A stretch of DNA of 64,000 bases from a virus (lineage: Duplodnaviria; Caudoviricetes). The notes under the pieces were generated by a model. It was not told where the DNA came from. It saw nothing but the letters and a program-made list of their open reading frames with translations, and searched no databases. The stretch lies in IMG/VR virus record IMGVR_UViG_3300027608_000010, one strand, 5' to 3'. Below are positions 1 to 9,735 of this stretch, in pieces. A program made the translations under genes and the position numbers. Within the stretch, counting starts at the first letter, position 1. Each line of letters starts with the position of its first letter.

Positions 1-3
1 TGT

Positions 4-462
4 ATGGAAATAAAAATCTTAGCACACGGTAACACTAACCCTGATAAAGTTATCATGGTAGAAAAAACTGTCAAATTCTATGCCAAGTACTTAAATATAA
101 CAAGTTTTAAGTATAAAGTATACATTTGTTTAGCACCCAAAATGCGGCAAAGAGACGGTAATAACGGAATTTGTAGTAGAACCGGTGACAAAGAAATCAG
201 TATAGCAGTGGATAGTGCTTTAGCATTACCGCAGTTATTGATGACTCTAGCCCACGAAATGGTTCATGCTAAACAATATGTTCGTGGTCAGTATCGTGGT
301 GAAATGTCTCGCAACGGGAAGATGAAACGCATTTGGTTAGGTAAACCTGTTTCAGTTGCATACTTGAAACGTCCTTGGGAACGTGAAGCCTTTCGCCGTG
401 AAGGTGAATTGGCAATGGCGTTAATGAGTACAGTTGCCCAAAAATCAAAAAAGAGTAAGTGA
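4..462 (+). CDS. Putative zincin-like metallopeptidase (HExxH)
   Basis: 152-aa ORF with TLAHEMVHAKQY zinc-binding motif and downstream PWEREA glutamate. Confidence 0.6.
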   Translation: MEIKILAHGNTNPDKVIMVEKTVKFYAKYLNITSFKYKVYICLAPKMRQRDGNNGICSRTGDKEISIAVDSALALPQLLMTLAHEMVHAKQYVRGQYRGEMSRNGKMKRIWLGKPVSVAYLKRPWEREAFRREGELAMALMSTVAQKSKKSK

Positions 463-467
463 GTTGG

Positions 468-496
468 TTGACAGTAATTCAGTTTACTGCTATACT
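468..496 (+). promoter_or_regulatory. sigma70-type early promoter
   Basis: TTGACA(468-473)-17 nt-TATACT(491-496) upstream of the MoxR gene. Confidence 0.8.
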
Positions 497-536
497 ATGT
501 TTTCGTTATCAATAAGCCATCAACAAGGAGTCAACA

Positions 537-1640
537 ATGGCATCTCATGTAAGTGACAATCACACTATCACTAGTGTGCAAACCCGTAAAGCAATTCTAA
601 GTGCTTTCAAAACTAAACGTCCCGTTTTCTTGTGGGGCCCTCCCGGTATCGGTAAGTCTGATGTAGTTCAGGAAATTGCTACTGAATTAGAAGGTCATGT
701 TATTGACTTGCGTATGGCGCAAATGGAACCCACTGACATTCGCGGTATTCCCTTCTACAATAAAGATATCAACAAGATGGATTGGGCTCACCCAGTTGAT
801 TTGCCTGATGAAGAATTTGCAAAACAATTCCCTATCGTTGTATTGTTCTTAGATGAAATGAACAGTGCATCACCCTCTGTACAAGCCGCAGGCTATCAGT
901 TGATTCTGAATCGCCGAGTTGGTAAATATAAACTTCCCGATAACGTTGCTATCGTAGCGGCAGGTAATCGTGATAGCGACAAGGGTGTTACATATCGCAT
1001 GCCAATGCCCCTTGCTAATCGTTTCATTCACTTAGAAATGCGCCCTGACTTTAATTCATGGCAGACATGGGCTGTGAAAAACAACATTCACAAAGACGTT
1101 GTTGGTTACTTGTCATTCGCAAAACAAGATATGTATGACTTTGATGCTAAATCGTCAAGCCGTGCATTCGCAACACCTCGTAGTTGGTGTTTCGTTAGTG
1201 ACTTGTTGAAAGATGAGGACAACATGGATACTGACACACAATTCAATTTGATTGCAGGCGCTGTCGGTGAAGGTCTTGCTGTTAAGTTTACAGCACACCG
1301 CAAAATCTCAGGTAAAATGCCTGAACCCTCTGACATTCTTTCAGGTAAAGTGAAAGACTTGTCTGTAAAAGAAATTAGTGCTATGTATGCATTGACTGTT
1401 GGTATGTGCTATGAATTGAAAGATGCAGTAGAACAGAAAAAGGTCAAACCAAAAGAGTTCCACGAAATGTCACAGAATTTCTTTGACTACATGATGAACA
1501 ATTTTGAAACTGAATTGGTTGTGATGGGTGCAAAGATTGCATTGAAAACATATGAACTGCCCATCGAACCTAGTCAGTTGAAAAACTTCGATGAGTTCCA
1601 CAAGAAGTACGGCAAGTACATTGTAGAAGCCGGTAACTAA
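537..1640 (+). CDS. MoxR-family AAA+ ATPase
   Basis: Walker A GPPGIGKS, Walker B LFLDEMN, AAGNR sensor, PLANRF arginine finger; VWA partner lies downstream. Confidence 0.85.
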   Translation: MASHVSDNHTITSVQTRKAILSAFKTKRPVFLWGPPGIGKSDVVQEIATELEGHVIDLRMAQMEPTDIRGIPFYNKDINKMDWAHPVDLPDEEFAKQFPIVVLFLDEMNSASPSVQAAGYQLILNRRVGKYKLPDNVAIVAAGNRDSDKGVTYRMPMPLANRFIHLEMRPDFNSWQTWAVKNNIHKDVVGYLSFAKQDMYDFDAKSSSRAFATPRSWCFVSDLLKDEDNMDTDTQFNLIAGAVGEGLAVKFTAHRKISGKMPEPSDILSGKVKDLSVKEISAMYALTVGMCYELKDAVEQKKVKPKEFHEMSQNFFDYMMNNFETELVVMGAKIALKTYELPIEPSQLKNFDEFHKKYGKYIVEAGN

Positions 1641-1688
1641 GTTTACGTCAACATAAAGTTGACTCCCTCGGAACCGAAAGGTTCCTTT

Positions 1689-1727
1689 AAGGGTGAGGAT
1701 AGTGTGAATATTCTCACCCTTTTTTTC
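1689..1727 (+). terminator. Intrinsic terminator
   Basis: GGGTGAGGATA/TATTCTCACCC stem followed by a T-run. Confidence 0.75.
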
Positions 1728-1740
1728 TAAAGGATTTTAT

Positions 1741-1893
1741 ATGTCAGGTAAGAAATATTTTTATGCATTGGGTCAAAGTGCCCGTGCCCGTGGAATTGGT
1801 AAATTAACCGCTGAGAACTTTTACTGTATTGAATCAGCGGATGACTATGCCCGAATCGCATTTGACAAAGGTTTTAGAGGCCTACGTGCTTGA
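1741..1893 (+). CDS. Small hypothetical protein (50 aa)
   Basis: Read manually: ATG 1741 (MSGKKYFYALGQSARARG...) preceded by AAGGA, TGA at 1891-1893; not in the ORF track. Confidence 0.55.
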   Translation: MSGKKYFYALGQSARARGIGKLTAENFYCIESADDYARIAFDKGFRGLRA

Positions 1894-1918
1894 CAATAAA
1901 TACGGTAGGCTATATAAT
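1890..1918 (+). promoter_or_regulatory. sigma70-type early promoter
   Basis: Perfect TTGACA-17 nt-TATAAT. Confidence 0.85.
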
Positions 1919-1947
1919 ACTAGTATTAACTGATAAAGGAACATGCA

Positions 1948-3225
1948 ATGAGTGAAGTAATTGGCAAACGCAAAAAGAATCGTAGTGATAAATTTGATAA
2001 ACTTATCGGACCCACTGACACTAAGATTGATAATCTGGCCCGTGAACGATTAGTCGGCGCACGTATTGGTCTATTGTTGCGTCATAGTTTCTTTGGTAAT
2101 CTTGCTACTCGCATGAAGTTAGTCAATGCTGATGAGTGGTGTGCTACAGCGGCAACAGATGGCTTAAAATTCTATTACAATAGCCGTTTTATTATGATGT
2201 TGAAGCCTAAAGAAGTTGAATTCTTAGTAGGTCATGAAGTGTTACACGTTGTATATGATCACATGGGTCGCCGCAATGAGCGTGATCCGCAAATCTGGAA
2301 CATTGCTGATGACTATGCAGTTAATGCAGACTTAAAACGACATAATGTAGGTCAATTCATTACTACTGTACCTTGCTTATACGAAACAAAATATGATGGT
2401 AAGCCGGCAGAGGAAATTTATGATGACCTGATGAAGAATGTTCAGAAAATTAACATTGACCAATTGATTGATATGTTGCTTGACGATCATATGGATGATG
2501 GCAATGAAGAAGGTGATGGTGACGGACCTGAAGGCAACGGTGACAAGCCCGGACGCCCTCGCATGACACAAGAAGAAAAAGATCGGGCCCGAGCAGAAAT
2601 GAAACAAGCAATCATTGCCGCGGCTCAAGGTGCTGAGGCAGGATCACTACCTAAAGGTGTTGAACGTCTTATCAAAGATGTTACTGAACCTCAGATGCCT
2701 TGGCGTGAACTGATTCAAACTAACTTGACTAGTGCAATTCGTACTGACTACTCTTGGATGCGAGCCAATCGTAAAGGTTGGCACATGGATGCCATCATGC
2801 CCGGTACTACACCCGGTGAAGAGATTGATGTTGTTATTTCACTTGATATGTCAGGTAGTATCAGCAACAAACAAGCACAAGCATTCTTAGGTGAGATCGG
2901 TGGAATGATGGATACTTTTGATGGTTACAAGGTACACATATTTTGTTTCGATACTGATACATACAATCCACAAGACTTTGATAGTGAGAACATGGACAGT
3001 ATTGAACAATACGAACCTCAAGGTGGCGGTGGTACTGACTTTGATTGTATCTTTGATTACTTGAAAGAAAATGCTATTGAACCTAAACGTTTGATTGTAT
3101 TCACTGATGGATATCCTTTTGGTTCTTGGGGTGACCCTGACTATTGTGATACTACTTGGATCATTCACGGTGACAAGAACCCTAGTCCCCCATTCGGTCA
3201 ATTTGCTATTTACGAGGAAAAATAA
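1948..3225 (+). CDS. DUF2201-like metallopeptidase plus VWA domain protein (MoxR partner)
   Basis: HEVLH motif in the N-half; MIDAS-like DMSGS, GGTDF and FTDG in the C-half; acidic Gly-rich linker. Confidence 0.8.
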   Translation: MSEVIGKRKKNRSDKFDKLIGPTDTKIDNLARERLVGARIGLLLRHSFFGNLATRMKLVNADEWCATAATDGLKFYYNSRFIMMLKPKEVEFLVGHEVLHVVYDHMGRRNERDPQIWNIADDYAVNADLKRHNVGQFITTVPCLYETKYDGKPAEEIYDDLMKNVQKINIDQLIDMLLDDHMDDGNEEGDGDGPEGNGDKPGRPRMTQEEKDRARAEMKQAIIAAAQGAEAGSLPKGVERLIKDVTEPQMPWRELIQTNLTSAIRTDYSWMRANRKGWHMDAIMPGTTPGEEIDVVISLDMSGSISNKQAQAFLGEIGGMMDTFDGYKVHIFCFDTDTYNPQDFDSENMDSIEQYEPQGGGGTDFDCIFDYLKENAIEPKRLIVFTDGYPFGSWGDPDYCDTTWIIHGDKNPSPPFGQFAIYEEK

Positions 3226-3356
3226 TGGAAGCTCTATCTATTCTTGGTAATACTCTTGGTACACTATTCCTATTAGGAAGTGTCCTTGGTATTTTTTATG
3301 TGTTCTATCGACTGTTGAAATATACCTTCACAACAGTGAAAGACCATGACGATTGA
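3225..3356 (+). CDS. Small membrane protein (43 aa)
   Basis: Read manually: TAATG overlap, MEALSILGNTLGTLFLLGSVLGIFYVFYRLLK hydrophobic segment, TGA 3354-3356. Confidence 0.5.
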   Translation: MEALSILGNTLGTLFLLGSVLGIFYVFYRLLKYTFTTVKDHDD

Positions 3357-3597
3357 TTATCCTGACGGATTTATCTATGAATCACCTGACGGTGGTGAAA
3401 CTATTTACGCCCGTCAGGTTGGTTCAGATCAACGCCATTTACATTATGAAAGTGAAAAAGTGAAATCTCTACATGAAAGTTTACTAGAAGATAAAATGTG
3501 GGGTGACATAAGACGATTGGCAAAAACCAATGTGCCATTAGCTGACGCAGTTGATAAAATGATTATGATTTACAATTTAGTCAAGGATAGGAAATGA
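3346..3597 (+). CDS. Hypothetical protein
   Basis: 83-aa ORF in an overlapping operon. Confidence 0.6.
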   Translation: MTIDYPDGFIYESPDGGETIYARQVGSDQRHLHYESEKVKSLHESLLEDKMWGDIRRLAKTNVPLADAVDKMIMIYNLVKDRK

Positions 3598-3917
3598 ATC
3601 AGTATCTTGCAATGTGGGATATGTACGGTCTTGAATTTGTATTTGATACCGGTAAGTGGGAAAAAGAGTATATGTGGAGTATTCTTTCTGAAAAACCTAA
3701 ACCAACCACTCCTAGTATTCAAATGATGATACTAAGAGCAAAAGCAAATCCTCAACGTTGTTATGAAATTTATTCATTCAATGCTGATGAAGGTATAACT
3801 GAAGAAACTATTAAAATATCATTTGAATCTGCACCGCAAGGTATGGTAGATTTTATTCGTAAGAATGGACAAAAGATTTATAGTGATAGAGCAACACAGA
3901 AAGCAGTAATTATATGA
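3594..3917 (+). CDS. Hypothetical protein
   Basis: 107 aa, ATGA overlaps at both ends. Confidence 0.65.
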   Translation: MNQYLAMWDMYGLEFVFDTGKWEKEYMWSILSEKPKPTTPSIQMMILRAKANPQRCYEIYSFNADEGITEETIKISFESAPQGMVDFIRKNGQKIYSDRATQKAVII

Positions 3918-4324
3918 TGTACATTGGTACTAGTCTTGGTGGATGCATACTTAGTCTTATGAACAAGGAGGTGTCCGAAGATGAGGTTATGGTCATTATA
4001 ACTCGTACCGATTGCCCTAATTATGAATCATACATGGCTGTTGTAGAAGCATATTATGCACAAGGTAATCCCGGCGCTAGAAATCCTGAACGATATGAAT
4101 ATGGTCATTTCTTACTAGAATCTGTACTTGACCTTGCTCAACGATTGTGGCAGAATGGTAAAATCCATCAGCCAAGAACTATTACGAGTAATAGTAGATA
4201 TGTACACCCATTCAGAAATGGTGATAGACTTTGGTTTCAAGTAGTGCCCACTATTGATAATGATACACCGGCAGTAGTAGATGCTTACGAAAAATATAAG
4301 ATGCTGGATATACTAACACGATGA
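3914..4324 (+). CDS. Hypothetical protein
   Basis: 136 aa, ATGA overlaps. Confidence 0.65.
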   Translation: MMYIGTSLGGCILSLMNKEVSEDEVMVIITRTDCPNYESYMAVVEAYYAQGNPGARNPERYEYGHFLLESVLDLAQRLWQNGKIHQPRTITSNSRYVHPFRNGDRLWFQVVPTIDNDTPAVVDAYEKYKMLDILTR

Positions 4325-4578
4325 ATGTTAATCCGTTGTTATGGTATGGTGAACGTGAACTACAACATATCCCTCCTCATTTTACAAAAGCACACACCGC
4401 ATTAACAGATGAGTCATTGTTTTGGGTAATGACTAAGTGTCAAGGTCGTTATTCTACTGTAAGTGCAGAGGAAGATGATAATGATATCATGTCTATATTC
4501 ATACTTACCCGAAATATATATTTTGAAGACCCTGCCGAAGCAATGATGTACGAATTACGCTGGTCTGGCAGTAAATAA
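4321..4578 (+). CDS. Small 'FxLRW' family paralogue (dispersed copy)
   Basis: Ends IYFEDPAEAMMYELRWSGSK, matching the C-terminal motif of the 28.9-31.8 kb array. Confidence 0.7.
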   Translation: MNVNPLLWYGERELQHIPPHFTKAHTALTDESLFWVMTKCQGRYSTVSAEEDDNDIMSIFILTRNIYFEDPAEAMMYELRWSGSK

Positions 4579-4632
4579 ATTTACTTATGTAAAAATTGTA
4601 TTAAATATGTTTAGAACCTCAAGGAGATAAGC

Positions 4633-5304
4633 ATGAGTTTTTTAAGACACGTAGGTAAAATTGGTGATCGTAAAGTTGCAATCATCTTCCGCCAAGTACC
4701 GGGCGAACCGCATATGGCTCTAGTGACATACACTGAGACATTAAACAGACATATTCACGATCCAATGATTAAATGCATCGAAAGTGATATAGGGCAAAAT
4801 AGCAAGGACTTAGCAGACGCATTAAACCGCACTCATACTGTTGATGGTAAATATATTTTACAAGTATTACATCAACAAAAATTGATTAAGAAAGTTCAGA
4901 CTGAAACAGTAATAGTAACCCCTAATCCACAAACTAAGATTAAACTTATTGATTTAAACAAAATTTTAGATGAAATGGAAGCCGGTGAAAGTGCAGTCAA
5001 ACGTCTTGCTGAAATTGATGAACTGGCTCCAACTGATATTGCTAGACAATTTAAAGGTACTGCAATATCAGCACCAGAGGGTGTTTTAGCTGATAATGCA
5101 ATTGCAAGAAGTTTGCGTGATCAGGCTGCTAAAATGGAATTGGAAGCAAAAGGTTTGTTGGCCGAAAGTCAACGACTACAAAAAGAAGCCTCTGACTTAG
5201 ATGGCGTTAAGCCAAAGAAAACAACTAAGAAGGCTGTAGCAGTAGTTCCAGAAGCCCCAGTTAAAAAACGAGGCCGTCCTGCAAAGGCATCAGTAACCGC
5301 ATAA
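4633..5304 (+). CDS. Hypothetical coiled-coil protein with C-terminal AT-hook-like motif
   Basis: 223 aa, AAGGAG SD; basic tail KKRGRPAK. Confidence 0.7.
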   Translation: MSFLRHVGKIGDRKVAIIFRQVPGEPHMALVTYTETLNRHIHDPMIKCIESDIGQNSKDLADALNRTHTVDGKYILQVLHQQKLIKKVQTETVIVTPNPQTKIKLIDLNKILDEMEAGESAVKRLAEIDELAPTDIARQFKGTAISAPEGVLADNAIARSLRDQAAKMELEAKGLLAESQRLQKEASDLDGVKPKKTTKKAVAVVPEAPVKKRGRPAKASVTA

Positions 5305-5311
5305 GAACATA

Positions 5312-5608
5312 ATGACACCTGAATACATCAGAAAGTGGGAACATATACTTGAAGATGTTGAAAAGAGTAAAGTACCAGTTCAATTCATACGAAAAATTAT
5401 TGTAAGAATGTCTGGGAAAAAACAACACACTATTAACATCCAGGCATTAATGCGTCAAGGATTAGACCCTGAAGAAGTAGAAGAAGTCATCTCTCGCAAA
5501 TTACATGAATTAGACCCTCTAATTACAAGTTTTGAATTTGTTTTGAATGTTGAAACAATTGCACAAACAGTACAACCAGAGACAGATAAGTTATTAGGCA
5601 AACTATGA
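5312..5608 (+). CDS. Hypothetical protein
   Basis: 98-aa ORF, ATGA overlap with DHFR. Confidence 0.65.
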   Translation: MTPEYIRKWEHILEDVEKSKVPVQFIRKIIVRMSGKKQHTINIQALMRQGLDPEEVEEVISRKLHELDPLITSFEFVLNVETIAQTVQPETDKLLGKL

Positions 5609-6057
5609 AACTTATTATAGCATGTGATCCGAAAGGTGGAATCGGCTATGAGAACAAATTGCCCTGGAGTAACATCGAGGGCGATTTGCCAAGATTCAAG
5701 GAACTCACTACGGGTAAGGTAGTGTTCATGGGACGTAACACCTATGAAAGTTTACCTATCAAGCCATTACCAAATAGAACTAGTATTGTTATTACTAGCA
5801 GAGTAATTGATGAGGTGCGTACTATGGAAAGAATAACTGTTAGAGATAGTATTTTTTATAAAGATTCCTGGATCATAGGTGGAGCCAAATTAGTTAATAC
5901 TCATTGGTGGTGTATCGATGAGATACATTTAACCAAGACATTTACCGAATACACTTGCGATAGTTTCATAGATTTGATATACTTAGAAAAACTGTTTAAA
6001 TTAGAAACAGTTGAGGGTTTCAATGACCATGTATACCAAATTTGGAAAAGAAAATGA
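5605..6057 (+). CDS. folA: Dihydrofolate reductase
   Basis: IIACD..GGIG..NKLPW, DL.RFK..T, MGRNTYES, PLPNR, IIGG motifs. Confidence 0.92.
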   Translation: MKLIIACDPKGGIGYENKLPWSNIEGDLPRFKELTTGKVVFMGRNTYESLPIKPLPNRTSIVITSRVIDEVRTMERITVRDSIFYKDSWIIGGAKLVNTHWWCIDEIHLTKTFTEYTCDSFIDLIYLEKLFKLETVEGFNDHVYQIWKRK

Positions 6058-6947
6058 AACAATACTTAGAATTACTGCAAGACATTTTAGATAACGGAGA
6101 AACAAAAGATGATAGAACTGGCGTTGGCACTATTAGTGTGTTTGGACGTAATCTTCGCTTTGATTTGCGTAGGGGTTTTCCGTCTGTCACTACCAAACGA
6201 CTCGCATGGAAAGCCTGCGTTGGAGAACTACTCTGGTTCATCGAAGGCTCGCAGGACGAGAGGCGCCTCGCGGAGATTACGCATGGCAGCAAAGAAGGCA
6301 CCGTAACAATTTGGACACCAAACGCACTTGCAAGTTATTGGAAAGACAAAGCAAAATTTGAAGGTGACTTAGGTAGAGTATACGGAGTGCAATGGCGTCA
6401 TTGGAGAAAATATGACTTGATGGACGTGTATGCTGAATCAGGCAATACTGTAGTAGATGCGGTGAGACACGACATAGACCAATTTAAAAATCTACTTGAA
6501 GGTCTACAAAAAGATCCTAACAGTCGCCGGCATATACTAAGTGCATGGAATGTAGCTGAAATGGATCAAATGGCATTACCGCCATGTCACGTAATGAGTC
6601 AATTTTATGTCAACAAAAATAAAGAACTCTCTTGTCATATGTACCAGCGTAGTGTGGATGTGTTTCTTGGCTTACCTTTTAACATTGCTAGCTATGCGTT
6701 ACTCACTCATCTAATTGCACATCATTGTGGATTGAAGGTTGGAGAACTTATTATTAGCACGGGTGATACACATATATACACGGACCACGTTGAGCAAGTA
6801 AAAGAACAATTGACCCGTGAAGAATTTATGTTGCCAACGTTGATGTTAAACTCATTAAAGAATAATATCTTTGACATGACAATGCAAGATATACATTTAG
6901 AGAATTATCAAAGTCATGGCCCTATCAAAGCAACAATGGCTGTCTGA
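6054..6947 (+). CDS. thyA: Thymidylate synthase
   Basis: DDRTGVGT, RRHILSAWN, LPPCH, YQRSVD.FLGLPFNIASY; start moved to ATG 6054 (ATGA overlap). Confidence 0.95.
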   Translation: MKQYLELLQDILDNGETKDDRTGVGTISVFGRNLRFDLRRGFPSVTTKRLAWKACVGELLWFIEGSQDERRLAEITHGSKEGTVTIWTPNALASYWKDKAKFEGDLGRVYGVQWRHWRKYDLMDVYAESGNTVVDAVRHDIDQFKNLLEGLQKDPNSRRHILSAWNVAEMDQMALPPCHVMSQFYVNKNKELSCHMYQRSVDVFLGLPFNIASYALLTHLIAHHCGLKVGELIISTGDTHIYTDHVEQVKEQLTREEFMLPTLMLNSLKNNIFDMTMQDIHLENYQSHGPIKATMAV

Positions 6948-7200
6948 CGTGGATCAAAAAACAATTGAGTACACTGTCCATTCTATTAGAATGGGTGATG
7001 TAGAAGATCCTGACTTATTTGTAGCACAACCTATATATGAGTGGCAACAAACAAAAGCAGGTAAGTACGTGATGAAGAATAGCGAACCTGCACCAATGTG
7101 GGTGAGAAGTGCAGACCCGTATACGTATGGACATCTCTATACGATTAAAGCATACTTTACCCCAAAACAATTAACATATTATAAGTTGAGATTTGAATGA
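6916..7200 (+). CDS. Small protein, divergent 'FxLRW' family member
   Basis: Ends AYFTPKQLTYYKLRFE; start uncertain. Confidence 0.55.
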   Translation: MALSKQQWLSDVDQKTIEYTVHSIRMGDVEDPDLFVAQPIYEWQQTKAGKYVMKNSEPAPMWVRSADPYTYGHLYTIKAYFTPKQLTYYKLRFE

Positions 7201-8162
7201 ACATTTTAGTAACAGGTGGATTAGGATTGATTGGTCACAATGTAGTTAAACGACTACAAGACCAAGGACATATTGTATCAATCATGGATACAAAAACAAA
7301 CTATGGAATCATACCGCAGAAAGAAATAGATTACTTAATGTATAATCGTTTAAAAAAGATAGATGAATATAAATGTGAGATTTACGACAGAGATATCTCT
7401 ATTGGTGTACATGTTGATAACATATTCTCTATTGAAGAACCTGAAATTGTAATTCACTTAGCAAGTTTTCCTAGACAGAAAGTTGTAAATGAAAATCCAG
7501 CGTTGGGTAGTCGTACTATGAGTGAGGGACTACTCAATTTACTGGAAGCCAGCGATAAATATGAAGTAAGGAAGTTTATATATATCAGTAGTTCAATGGT
7601 ATATGGAGACTTCACTGACAATGTTACAGAAGATGCCATCTGTAAACCTCAAGGACAATATGGCATTATGAAATTAGCAGGAGAATGGCTTGTTAGAGAT
7701 TATACTCGTAGAAATAATATTGTGCATACTATCATTCGGCCTAGTGCTGTATATGGACCTTTGGACGTAGAAGATAGAGTCATAAGTAAATTTTTACTTG
7801 CCGCAATGCGCGGAGACACTATCAAAGTAAACGGAGAAAAAGAAACACTAGACTTCACGTATGTAGATGATGCCGCTGATGGCATTGTTGCCGCCGCATT
7901 ATCTGATAATACAGAAAACAAGACCTACAATATTACAAAAAGTCATAGTGTGACACTATTAGAAGCCGCACGTATGGCAGTAGAATTAGCTGGTGGTGGG
8001 AATATCATTGTAGGGGATAGAGACCTTGATTTTCCTAGTAGGGGAGCATTGAATATTGATGCGGCCAGACGTGATTTTCAATTTGATCCTAAAGTTGATG
8101 TAGCTGAGGGATTCAAAATATACTATGATTGGTTAAAGGGATCTTCATACTTTAATAAATAA
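7197..8162 (+). CDS. NAD-dependent nucleotide-sugar epimerase/dehydratase (extended SDR)
   Basis: VTGGLGLIG Rossmann motif, ISSSMVYG, YGIMK (YxxxK), RPSAVYGP, DFTYVDD. Confidence 0.88.
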   Translation: MNILVTGGLGLIGHNVVKRLQDQGHIVSIMDTKTNYGIIPQKEIDYLMYNRLKKIDEYKCEIYDRDISIGVHVDNIFSIEEPEIVIHLASFPRQKVVNENPALGSRTMSEGLLNLLEASDKYEVRKFIYISSSMVYGDFTDNVTEDAICKPQGQYGIMKLAGEWLVRDYTRRNNIVHTIIRPSAVYGPLDVEDRVISKFLLAAMRGDTIKVNGEKETLDFTYVDDAADGIVAAALSDNTENKTYNITKSHSVTLLEAARMAVELAGGGNIIVGDRDLDFPSRGALNIDAARRDFQFDPKVDVAEGFKIYYDWLKGSSYFNK

Positions 8163-8166
8163 GAGT

Positions 8167-8613
8167 ATGTGGATAATATCATTTTTACCCGATTGGGTCT
8201 TTCATGCAATAACATTTGCGGGTGTACTTGGGACAGTCGCAGGCTTTGTCTTGGGCATGATTCCAGTAATCAAAACCTACATCATCCCTATTCGTGTTAT
8301 TAGTATTCTATTATTGTCTATCGGATTATACTTAGAAGGTGGATTAGCAGATTATGCTGTTTGGGAAGCTAAAGTAAAAGAAGTTGAGGCTAAGTTAGCT
8401 GAGGCTGAACTTAAGAGTGCCAAAGAAAACACAAAAATTGTAACTAAGGTAATCACAAAAACTCAGATTGTACGAACACGTGGAGAAAATATCGTAAAAT
8501 ATATCGACCGTGAAATAGTCAAGTATGATACTAAATTTGCCCCCGGTGGACAATGTGAGATTCCTAAAGATTTTATCAAAGCATTAAATGATGCCGCGGA
8601 GCAACCTAAATGA
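8167..8613 (+). CDS. Inner-membrane spanin (Rz-like)
   Basis: N-terminal hydrophobic segments, coiled-coil, C-terminal Cys; ATGA overlap with a lipoprotein gene. Confidence 0.7.
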   Translation: MWIISFLPDWVFHAITFAGVLGTVAGFVLGMIPVIKTYIIPIRVISILLLSIGLYLEGGLADYAVWEAKVKEVEAKLAEAELKSAKENTKIVTKVITKTQIVRTRGENIVKYIDREIVKYDTKFAPGGQCEIPKDFIKALNDAAEQPK

Positions 8614-8897
8614 ATTTGCTTAAATTATTTGTATTAACAATTTGTATTATACTTGCATTCTTGGCAACAGGATGCTCAACAGTAGTTCCAGTTACTGTAA
8701 AATTCCCCGAAGCACCGGAACAACTTTTAGTAAAATGTCCTCAATTAGACAAAATAGGAGACGAGTCAAAGTTAAGCGATATAACTAAGACAATCACAAA
8801 AAATTATACCACTTACTATGAATGCGCTGTTAAAAACGATGGTTGGATAGAGTGGTATAAAATTCAAAAAGATATTTTTGATAAAGCTGGTAAGTAA
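8610..8897 (+). CDS. Outer-membrane lipoprotein spanin (Rz1-like)
   Basis: Signal peptide with lipobox LATGC, Pro-rich mature N-terminus, extra Cys. Confidence 0.75.
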   Translation: MNLLKLFVLTICIILAFLATGCSTVVPVTVKFPEAPEQLLVKCPQLDKIGDESKLSDITKTITKNYTTYYECAVKNDGWIEWYKIQKDIFDKAGK

Positions 8898-9713
8898 TTA
8901 ATCAGCGTTATTTTTGCATTTAGCACGTTTGGCGTTGGTCAATGCACCGTAGTCAACTGGCCATTCTGCACCAGGTTGCAATTCATTTATATTTTTAGGG
9001 AAAGCATAAGTTACCCCTGCTTGTTTCATAATCTGTGTAATTGGTAAACGGAACTTAGTCAAATCATTCCCCAAGTTAACATAAGGTTTAGTATGTGGGA
9101 ATACCCATCCAGCAACTTGTCCTGTAGTTTGATTGATTACAATCTTATAGTAAGCATGGGGTACAATAACACCTTTACCTATAGTCAAATCACCAGCGCC
9201 ATACATAGCTCCAACGTATACTGTAAGTGGCTGGTTCAATTGCACAGCCCATCCCCTGACACTTGTTTCTAGTAATTTCCAGATTCCACGGTTTAAACTG
9301 CCGTGCTGGGGATACATGTTTGTCATTAAAAAACTTTCGTACTCTACAATTTCACTCCAGCTTAAGTCACCATCAGGAACTGCATGACCTTTATCGTATC
9401 CTGTACCAGCATAGTCATCGGGAACAGCACCACCAACTATACTTTTATCTGCAACAAATGCATTAGTACGCGGCCAACATCCTATTGCATTCTTTGGTAA
9501 TAGAGTGTATGCTACATAGACTGGAATCTTAACAGGAGCATCATATGCTACAAGATATGCTTCACGGCAGATTGGTTGCACTGTACGTGCAGTTTGTGCA
9601 AATCCATAAGGGCTATGAACTTGACATGCTTGAACGGGAAGGGGAGGACGCTGGTCCCAAGAAAAACTGCTTGCTGATGTTAGTGTTAACAGCAAGGCTA
9701 AAAATATACGCAT
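8898..9713 (-). CDS. Secreted DNA/RNA non-specific endonuclease (NucA/Serratia/EndoG family)
   Basis: Signal peptide MRIFLALLLTLTSASSFS; YDKGH (DRGH-like) and TNMYPQ...LNRGIWKLLE motifs; AGGAG SD. Confidence 0.85.
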   Translation of the reverse strand: MRIFLALLLTLTSASSFSWDQRPPLPVQACQVHSPYGFAQTARTVQPICREAYLVAYDAPVKIPVYVAYTLLPKNAIGCWPRTNAFVADKSIVGGAVPDDYAGTGYDKGHAVPDGDLSWSEIVEYESFLMTNMYPQHGSLNRGIWKLLETSVRGWAVQLNQPLTVYVGAMYGAGDLTIGKGVIVPHAYYKIVINQTTGQVAGWVFPHTKPYVNLGNDLTKFRLPITQIMKQAGVTYAFPKNINELQPGAEWPVDYGALTNAKRAKCKNNAD

Positions 9714-9735
9714 ACTTATCTCCTAAATATGCATA

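Noticed and set aside
6054-6947. Modified-base (hmC/hmU) synthase instead of ThyA, or a td-type intron
   Set aside because: The FNIASY asparagine typical of dUMP-specific ThyA is retained, DHFR is adjacent, and the ORF is uninterrupted.
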